A stretch of 64,000 nt of DNA from a virus. Shown piece by piece: positions 57,060 to 64,000 of the stretch (within the stretch, counting starts at the first letter, position 1; each line of letters begins with the position of its first letter). The notes under the pieces are model-generated. The model did no database searches, was not told the DNA's origin, and saw nothing but the letters and a program-made list of their open reading frames with translations. The DNA lies in IMG/VR virus record IMGVR_UViG_3300027747_000967, positions 32,001 through 96,000 of that record; one strand, given 5' to 3'. Position numbers and translations under genes: made by a program.

Positions 57060-58325
57060 TTAACGCCCAACTTGTGGTAAATATTTCGCCTTGGTTTCTT
57101 CCCAAGTTAGGTAAATAAGGTCATCATAAAATAATGATTCGTATGATACCGTATTCTTTTTCTTTAACATGGAAATACGGCCTTTGGCATATTTTGTTTT
57201 CCACAAATTGGATAATGTTTGTTCGCTGGTATCAAACATTTTTAATAATTTTTCTTCTGGTATTTGTTTACAAAGATATTCATTAGTATTATAATACAAA
57301 GGCGAAAAATAAATTCCACGCTGGTGTTCGCTACGAATCAGTTCTTTAGGTATACCAAGTTTAGGATAGGCAAAGTTTAATGAACGATTTTTATGGTCAC
57401 GCTTGAGTGGTAGACCTTGAGTGTTCTTTGCGTCCCACCATTCAAAATATTTTCTAGGATAATTTTCTTTAATCCATTCGTAAACCATTTTAGATGTAGT
57501 TCTTTTAGGTTCAAATACAACTGAACCTGATGAGAATCCCATCTTGTTCCAATGTTCTAGTCCATCATACTGAGAAAGACCATTAGACTTAGTGTTGCCA
57601 TAAAGAGAAGTTGTTGTAACTCCGACAAGGACATCTTCATATCTTTCTTTCCAATCTTTTTGAACTGTATCAGATAAACATAATAATGCAAGTAACTTAC
57701 CGCCCATATAATTATAACCGAGAGGTTGCATAGGAACGATTGTAGAACCAATGGCCGTATGATTAATCATGCCCTGTTGTGTTTTTACATCTCTTGGCCA
57801 GCCAATTGCTTTATCTCTTGGCGTTAAATCAAGAAAGTCGGAAGAAATACAAATGACACCAAGATACTTGCCTGTTACTTCATCAATGATTGTATAAAAT
57901 AGATTACGACCAATGTTTGAATTATTTTTCATTGTAGAAGAAAAGGTACGAATGGCATTCCATGTTTCTGCTAAAGGACCATTCGATAAAACAAGTTTTG
58001 GTTTTAATAAAATATAATCATCAGGATTTTTTGGCATCCAAAAATTAGATTTAACTTGTTCAATAAGTTTTTCTTGTTCAGCATTTACCATTTGCATTTC
58101 TGTACCAAACAATGTATCTACTTCTTGAACAGGATATCTTTCTTTAACTTCACACCACTTTTGGTACAAAGTATATTCTTTGACATCCATTTTAGAAGCG
58201 TAAGTTAAATCTTCAATTAACTGATTTTTAAGTTGTTCAGTATCAATGTGTTTAAAGGAAGAAACAGGATTCTTTTCTTGCCATTCTACCCATTGTTTTT
58301 CAACAAATTCAATTGGAGTTGCCAT
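57060..58325 (-). CDS. DUF4338/DruA-like protein, paralog 2
   Basis: GRNLFY...TGKYLGVI.ISSD, IVPMQPLGYNYMGGKLLA, TTSLYG, SQYDG. Confidence 0.8.
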   Translation of the reverse strand: MATPIEFVEKQWVEWQEKNPVSSFKHIDTEQLKNQLIEDLTYASKMDVKEYTLYQKWCEVKERYPVQEVDTLFGTEMQMVNAEQEKLIEQVKSNFWMPKNPDDYILLKPKLVLSNGPLAETWNAIRTFSSTMKNNSNIGRNLFYTIIDEVTGKYLGVICISSDFLDLTPRDKAIGWPRDVKTQQGMINHTAIGSTIVPMQPLGYNYMGGKLLALLCLSDTVQKDWKERYEDVLVGVTTTSLYGNTKSNGLSQYDGLEHWNKMGFSSGSVVFEPKRTTSKMVYEWIKENYPRKYFEWWDAKNTQGLPLKRDHKNRSLNFAYPKLGIPKELIRSEHQRGIYFSPLYYNTNEYLCKQIPEEKLLKMFDTSEQTLSNLWKTKYAKGRISMLKKKNTVSYESLFYDDLIYLTWEETKAKYLPQVGR

Positions 58326-58897
58326 TATTTTATTCTTAGACCTTTTAACATTTTATTTCGCTTCTTCATACCAGACTGTAAAGCCATTGGTTTAGCTCTT
58401 TCAGTATAACACACTCCATTCAAATGGTCGAGCTCATGCAAGAAAACTCTTGCAGATATACCAACCAATTTTGTTTGTTTCTTTAATCCGTTGAAGTCGG
58501 TATATTCCACTTCAATCTCTTTAGGTCTGGTAATTGATAGTCCTAATAATGGAAAAGATAAACAACCTTCTACCATGTGGCATTCACCTTCAAACGATAA
58601 TACTTTTGGATTAAAAAATGCCACATACTCATCTTCAGCACCCATTACAAAAACACGATATGGTAATCCACATTGATTAGCAGATAAACCATAACCTTTG
58701 TTTTCTTTACAGGTTTCCACTAGACCAGAAGCAAGTTCATTTGGATTAATTGGTGGATTTGTAAAGTCAAACTCAGGTAGTACCTGTTTTAATAACGGAT
58801 GTTTTTCATGAACTAGTTGATATATTTTTTTTATTTCTGGTTGTGAAATATTTTTAAAAGCAGATTCTTCTGTATTAAAGGTTATAATTTCGCTCAT
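58325..58897 (-). CDS. def: peptide deformylase
   Basis: GYGLSANQ, EGCLS, HELDHL.G. Confidence 0.95.
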   Translation of the reverse strand: MSEIITFNTEESAFKNISQPEIKKIYQLVHEKHPLLKQVLPEFDFTNPPINPNELASGLVETCKENKGYGLSANQCGLPYRVFVMGAEDEYVAFFNPKVLSFEGECHMVEGCLSFPLLGLSITRPKEIEVEYTDFNGLKKQTKLVGISARVFLHELDHLNGVCYTERAKPMALQSGMKKRNKMLKGLRIK

Positions 58898-60609
58898 TTT
58901 TCCACCTGACTAAAATTGTTTACTTTTTTAAATTTGATTACGCTTAGGAATTTCTCAAACAACATATCACCTTTATGTGAGATAACAAAGATGTTTGTGT
59001 CTTTATCCATTGCGCGGATTAACTTCATAAACTCATCTGTACCAACAGCATCTAATGATGAATCAAATACTTCATCTAAAATAAGAAGATTGGTATTGGT
59101 TGAGTTTTTCATCTTAGCAATCTGACGCCATGTAAAAAGTAATGCCAAATCAATACGCATCTTTTCACCCTCAGAAAAGTTGGCATAACTAAACTCATCA
59201 CGGTGCCTACTCTTAATTGTTTCTTCAAAGTTTTCATTGATATTGAAGTTTACAAAGAAGTCCATTGCTGTCAAATACTTATTAATAAGTTTATTCATTA
59301 CAGGTAGATATTGTTTAATAATTTTTGTTTTAATACCTGTATCTTTTAACAAAGAACTAGCAAACTCTAAGTATTGTTTTTCGATTGCCAATTCTTCTTG
59401 TTTCTTTGTTGCCAATTGTAACTCTTGTTTTAAGTCTTTTAACTTTTGGTTTTCTTCTTCTACATTATTTTTATTTTTTTCTATTTCATTTATTTCATTG
59501 TTTATTTTTTCGTTATAATTATGAATAGCAACAATCGTTGAATTTTTTCTGACAATTTCGTTGTTGTGTTCTTGTATTTGTTTTACTATCTTTTGGATTT
59601 CTTCAATGCGTTCGTTTGCCTTTTGGATTTTATTCTCGACATCTTTAATTCCAATTCCAACTTCTCCTTTTGTCTGATTGATTCCACTAAGTTGGTTATG
59701 TCTGAAGGTGTCAGCGATACTTTGCTTGCAGGTTGGACAGTCGTGGTTTTCTTCATAAAATTTCTCCTCTTTTTCTAATTTTTTTAAACGAGATTCAAGT
59801 TTAGCTTCTATCTGTAATAGCTTAGAGCTTTTTCTTTCAACATCTACTTTGTCAGAAATTTTATTATTTAATACATCAATGTGCTTTTGTATTAAAGATA
59901 TGTCATTGGTGAATTGAGTTGTCTGTATTACATTGTTTGACACCTCTTTTCTTTTTTTGTCTATTTCTACTTCAGAACGACTTTTATGTTCTTCAATATT
60001 TTGTTTTTGTAATATAATCTTTTCTGCTGTAATGTCCATAGCATACTTGTTTTTGGTATAATCATCTTTGAGAACAGTCATTTTTTCTTTGACTACATTA
60101 TTCATTGACGAGAAGATACCAATGTCTAATAAATCTTCAATGACGGTTCTTCTGTCACCAGGAGATAATTGCATAAACGGAACAAATGAAGCAGAACCTA
60201 ATATGACTACTTGTGTAAATGTTTTATAGTTTAGTTTAAGAATAAACTTTTCTAAGTGTTCCTGATAATCTTTAATAGCGGCATCTTGATTTAACATTGT
60301 ACCGTTACACCAGATTTCAAATACATTTGGTTTAATGCCACGAACTACTTTATATTTTTTCTTACCAATAGAAAACTCAATCTCTACAACACATTGTTGT
60401 TGATTGATAGAATTAATTAAATTGGGTTTGTTAATCTTACGAAAAGGTTTATTAAACAAACCAAAACAAATAGCATCAAGTATCGTTGATTTACCTGCAC
60501 CATTATTACCAATAATCAATGTATTGGCAGATTTGTCTAATTGTATTTCAGTAAAGGCATTACCTGTGCTTAGCAGATTACGCCAGCGTATCACTTCAAA
60601 TTTAATCAT
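58894..60609 (-). CDS. gp46: recombination endonuclease ATPase subunit (gp46, Rad50-like)
   Basis: GNNGAGKS, CPTC hook, FSEGEK, LILDEVFD. Confidence 0.95.
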   Translation of the reverse strand: MIKFEVIRWRNLLSTGNAFTEIQLDKSANTLIIGNNGAGKSTILDAICFGLFNKPFRKINKPNLINSINQQQCVVEIEFSIGKKKYKVVRGIKPNVFEIWCNGTMLNQDAAIKDYQEHLEKFILKLNYKTFTQVVILGSASFVPFMQLSPGDRRTVIEDLLDIGIFSSMNNVVKEKMTVLKDDYTKNKYAMDITAEKIILQKQNIEEHKSRSEVEIDKKRKEVSNNVIQTTQFTNDISLIQKHIDVLNNKISDKVDVERKSSKLLQIEAKLESRLKKLEKEEKFYEENHDCPTCKQSIADTFRHNQLSGINQTKGEVGIGIKDVENKIQKANERIEEIQKIVKQIQEHNNEIVRKNSTIVAIHNYNEKINNEINEIEKNKNNVEEENQKLKDLKQELQLATKKQEELAIEKQYLEFASSLLKDTGIKTKIIKQYLPVMNKLINKYLTAMDFFVNFNINENFEETIKSRHRDEFSYANFSEGEKMRIDLALLFTWRQIAKMKNSTNTNLLILDEVFDSSLDAVGTDEFMKLIRAMDKDTNIFVISHKGDMLFEKFLSVIKFKKVNNFSQVEK

Positions 60610-61688
60610 AAATGAGATTCGTTTAATGCCTCAACGTAGAGTTCACGCATGAGTGTTTTTAGTCTGTCGTTTTCAATATTTGCTTCAGTAATACTGTCTA
60701 CGAAACGATTAATAATTGTTACAGTATCTTCAGTTTCATCTATTGTATCATCTTCTATGCCTTCTGTCAAGTCAGCAAAATCTTCAACAATGGTAATATC
60801 AATAGGATTAACATCATAAAGACTATTCATAAATCTATCAAAAAGATATGGATTTGTTTTATTTACAACAACCACTTTGACATAAGTATTTTTATAAATG
60901 CTTACATCTCTTTCCATAACTTCGGTAATAGTTTCTTTTTTATCATCATAAAGAATACGATAAAACATGGTATTTGGATTAGGTACGAATTTTAATTCAT
61001 AAGTGTCTGTGTCAAAGATATTAAAGCCTTTTTGGTCGTTATAATCGTTCCATGTTATTTCCATTGGTGTGCCGACATAATATATGTTACCACTATGAGA
61101 ACGATGATGATAATGACCTGAAAAAATTCTATCAAATTTACCAAAAGGTTTAGGGTCAATACCTTCTTCGTTGACATGACCACGGTGCATTTGAAATCCA
61201 GCAAACTCAAAATGGCCAAAACAAATCTTAGCCGTTGTTGATTCAACTTCTTTTAAGCATTGTTCATAATTGTCTGTACATATCCATGGTATAAAACACA
61301 TATCCGAATCCGGTTCGTGTGTTATATAAGGAATTGTCATTGGCCTATCTACTACTGTAACATTCTTATATTCTTTAAAGAGTAAATCAGGAGAATTAAT
61401 TTGATTGGTATTTTTGTGATATGTATCGTGATTGCCAGCAAGAACTATCATACGCATATTATACTCAACCAACTTGTCAAGGAACATTTCTCTTGTTCTA
61501 CTTAAAGTCAAAAAGTTAATATACTTTCTACGGTCAAAGAAGTCTCCTACCTGTATGATAGTATCAATGTTATTTTCAATAAGGTATGGAAAGAATGTTT
61601 GTGAATAAAACTTTTCGGCAAAGTCCATAAAAGCAAGAGCGTCTCCTCGCATGCCGAAATGACAATCACCCAATATTGCAATCTTCAT
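60606..61688 (-). CDS. gp47: recombination endonuclease nuclease subunit (gp47, Mre11-like)
   Basis: GDCHFG, GDFFDRRK, GNHD, SGHYH. Confidence 0.95.
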   Translation of the reverse strand: MKIAILGDCHFGMRGDALAFMDFAEKFYSQTFFPYLIENNIDTIIQVGDFFDRRKYINFLTLSRTREMFLDKLVEYNMRMIVLAGNHDTYHKNTNQINSPDLLFKEYKNVTVVDRPMTIPYITHEPDSDMCFIPWICTDNYEQCLKEVESTTAKICFGHFEFAGFQMHRGHVNEEGIDPKPFGKFDRIFSGHYHHRSHSGNIYYVGTPMEITWNDYNDQKGFNIFDTDTYELKFVPNPNTMFYRILYDDKKETITEVMERDVSIYKNTYVKVVVVNKTNPYLFDRFMNSLYDVNPIDITIVEDFADLTEGIEDDTIDETEDTVTIINRFVDSITEANIENDRLKTLMRELYVEALNESHL

Positions 61689-61702
61689 AATATAACCTTA
61701 AT

Positions 61703-62371
61703 TTATAAATTAGGAACAGGTCCATCACAACCAATTCTAGGTTCTGGATCCAGACCATTCAAATAATATTTTTTATACAAGTGTTTTGTAACTTTTGTAT
61801 TTTCTTCTAATTCACGCCAACCATAGTATACCACACCTTTATACTCCAAGGCAATAGAGTTATGTGCTTTATTTCCTTTTAATCCGTGTTTTCCATTTTT
61901 TCTAGAAATTTCGGTATTAAGTAATCCGGATTTCCATTTTTGTTTCATTTGCTCAGCATGATGTTTTTTTCTTTCATCATCATTCCGCCATTGTTTTTTT
62001 ACTCTAACACTTATTTTTTTGCCATAATTTATATCTTTTTTTGAAGGATGATTAATTTTTAATGATTCTAAAAATTCAATTCTCCACTTTTCATATAATC
62101 GGGAAGCTTGTCCATATTTACCAGAAAAACACATCCTATGTAAAGCATATAACATTTTGTGTTTATTTTCTCCAGTTAACATTTTAACTAATAATAAATG
62201 TGCAATATAATGTTCTCGTAAAGAGAGATTGACAATATTTTCGGATTTATTTGAACCACCTAAACTCTGAGGTATGATGTGATGTTTTTCAAAAATTTTA
62301 TATTTTTTTGTTTTAGCATTTTTAATTAATTGTAAATACCATTTTGTATATTTGTTGTCTATAAAAATCAT
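61703..62371 (-). mobile_element. free-standing HNH homing endonuclease (Mob-like)
   Basis: EKHHIIPQSLGGSN...NIVNLSLREHYIAHLLL; likely start MIFIDNKY. Confidence 0.85.
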
Positions 62372-62433
62372 TTTGTGTTCCAAACAGTTATACTACTATT
62401 TAGTGTTCTTTGGTATTCAAAATGATTAGTATA

Positions 62434-62979
62434 TCACTCATCTAACAAATCTTCAAGCCCTTTTGACTTCTTTACCACCTTTTTATTCTTTTTGGCTTCT
62501 TCGTAATTACCAATGAATTCAGATATATTGTCATAGAGTTCAAATTGTTTGGTTGTACCATCATCAAATTCTAACATTTCAAATTCGTCTAAAATACCCA
62601 TTTGTTCGGTGGCTTTGTATTTGGTATACAGTTGTTTCTTTTCTTTTTGTATTCTTCGTAAAAAGGCAAAGTAAATAATCTGTGTAAAATAAGCAAATGG
62701 GTTCTTAGATTTCTCAGGATCAAAATTGCTAAAATACATTAGACAGTTTTCAATACCATCAGATATCATTTCATCACGATAACTGTAATTGATAAAATTA
62801 GGTTTATGTGACAAACCTTCTGCTATTTTCATAAAGCATTCGCCAATGTAGTTAGGAATTGCAGGAGGTGGTAATTTCTTCTTCTTGTTCTCAATGTCTT
62901 TAGCTTTATAATCAGCCAAGGCTTTAAGAAAATCAGCGTTATTTACATATTGTTTTTGCTTAGTCGCCATGTTTACCAC
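62434..62979 (-). CDS. gp55: late sigma factor (gp55)
   Basis: YVNN..FL, YIGECF.KIA..LS..PNF.NY, NPFAYFTQI...AF.RRI.KEK. Confidence 0.95.
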   Translation of the reverse strand: MVNMATKQKQYVNNADFLKALADYKAKDIENKKKKLPPPAIPNYIGECFMKIAEGLSHKPNFINYSYRDEMISDGIENCLMYFSNFDPEKSKNPFAYFTQIIYFAFLRRIQKEKKQLYTKYKATEQMGILDEFEMLEFDDGTTKQFELYDNISEFIGNYEEAKKNKKVVKKSKGLEDLLDE

Positions 62980-63038
62980 CTAAATGCTTGACAAACGCTT
63001 GACAAGTCTGTAATATTGAGTATGTCCCGGTTTCAAGA

Positions 63039-63431
63039 TTAATGTAATATATTTCCATTTTGTTCCATTTCTATAAATGCTTCCATCAGTTCAGTAAGTT
63101 CTTCATCAGTTGTTTCAATAATATCATTCATTTCAATTTCTTGTTGTTTCTTTAACACCCTGTTAATCTTTTCCACGGTAGTGTTATAGTATTCAGTAAA
63201 CTCATCAGTTGGTTCCATAGCAAACATAACATCACATTTTGATATGACAATAGTTTTATTCTTTACAAGTTGAACAGGTAACCAATGATGCATGACCAAT
63301 CCGTTATACTTTCCACGAGGTTCTATTCCAACAGACATAGGTTCAGTTACTTTATAATTCTCATCAGAAATATCCACTAGACCTATGATATCTTCACCAC
63401 TCTGTAAACGTAAGATTTTGATGTTATTCAT
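63039..63431 (-). CDS. conserved T4-like hypothetical protein
   Basis: IKILRLQSGEDII...WLP; between uvsW and gp55. Confidence 0.75.
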   Translation of the reverse strand: MNNIKILRLQSGEDIIGLVDISDENYKVTEPMSVGIEPRGKYNGLVMHHWLPVQLVKNKTIVISKCDVMFAMEPTDEFTEYYNTTVEKINRVLKKQQEIEMNDIIETTDEELTELMEAFIEMEQNGNILH

Positions 63432-64000
63432 TTTTTAATCCTATCTTATATATTTTGAATGGGAACTGCTCTTCCATATATATCTTACTGCGTTCCACAA
63501 AATGTTTTAATGTGTAATTCATATGTTTTTTATATCTCATGTCATCTGCTATATCGTAAAGAACTGCTTTATCTTTGCCTTCAGCTTGTCGTAACCCACG
63601 GCCAATTGATTGTAAATTCCTGATTCTGCTTTTAGAAGGACTTGCAAATATAATATTGTGTAAGTTACGAATATTAATTCCGGTACTAAAAGTACCAAAA
63701 GAAGCCACAATGATTGCATCATTTTCTATCTCCATTATTCTTCGTATTTCTTCTCTGTCATCGGTTTCTGTATTACCATGCACAAAGAAAACTTTTCTGT
63801 TGCCAATTTTCTCTGTATCCTTTATCATATTATACAGGATTTCTCCGTGCTTTTCAACCATTTGATAAAGAATTAATGTATTATTGCCTAAGCTAACCGC
63901 CAGATTTTTAATGAATTTATTTCTTGCCGTGTTAGAAATGAGATACTGAATTTCATCTTGGTAAGATTTATCTTTATACTCTAAACATTTATCATCTGGA
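63424..64000 (-). CDS. uvsW: UvsW helicase, C-terminal part (runs off the window edge)
   Basis: ASFGTFSTGINI.NLHNIIFASPSKS.IRNLQSIGRGLR. Confidence 0.9.
   Translation of the reverse strand, partial: PDDKCLEYKDKSYQDEIQYLISNTARNKFIKNLAVSLGNNTLILYQMVEKHGEILYNMIKDTEKIGNRKVFFVHGNTETDDREEIRRIMEIENDAIIVASFGTFSTGINIRNLHNIIFASPSKSRIRNLQSIGRGLRQAEGKDKAVLYDIADDMRYKKHMNYTLKHFVERSKIYMEEQFPFKIYKIGLKNE

Noticed and set aside
41495-58325. A Druantia defence system
   Set aside because: Only DruA-like genes are present, 14 kb apart; no large DruE-type helicase or other Dru genes.
8659-60652. Numerous plus-strand ORFs antisense to core genes (e.g. 9481-9792, 26458-26949, 52063-52590)
   Set aside because: Antisense shadows of codon-biased minus-strand genes, without RBS or recognisable motifs.
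1-64000. Stop-codon reassignment
   Set aside because: Core genes are full length in the standard code, end in TAA, TAG and TGA, and no suppressor tRNA is seen.

Overview
64 kb of an AT-rich T4-like (Tevenvirinae-related) myophage genome, almost all encoded on the minus strand. The host is probably Gram-negative, given the two-component spanin and the GH19 endolysin. In transcription order (right to left) it holds: the uvsW 3' end; gp55; an HNH endonuclease; gp47/46; an accessory block (peptide deformylase, DUF4338/DruA-like protein, wHTH, glycosyltransferase, dATP/dGTP diphosphohydrolase-like protein); gp45/44/62/regA; hsp20; speD; a cluster of 7 tRNAs interleaved with unexplained structured RNAs and an ArfA-like small ORF; a gp43 DNA polymerase split in two by an HNH gene; uvsX; gp41; a second DUF4338 gene plus a nuclease-like gene; an 11-gene sugar-modification cluster; a late operon of proteins with T4 capsid-targeting-like N-termini and repeated acidic protease-type linkers; a lysis cassette; primase; nrdAB; RNase H; a MoxR-AAA/VWA pair; groES; and a block of small early genes with a striking GG/CC depletion next to a possible genome-end region. 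The best leads are: (1) a non-canonical tRNA-Gly(UCC) with hallmarks of non-ribosomal glycyl donors, alongside two GNAT-like DUF4338 enzymes; (2) a modular capsid-cargo polyprotein system; (3) an ArfA-like factor with a nonstop-type hairpin; (4) the GG/CC-free early region. All family calls come from reading motifs by eye; no database searches were run.
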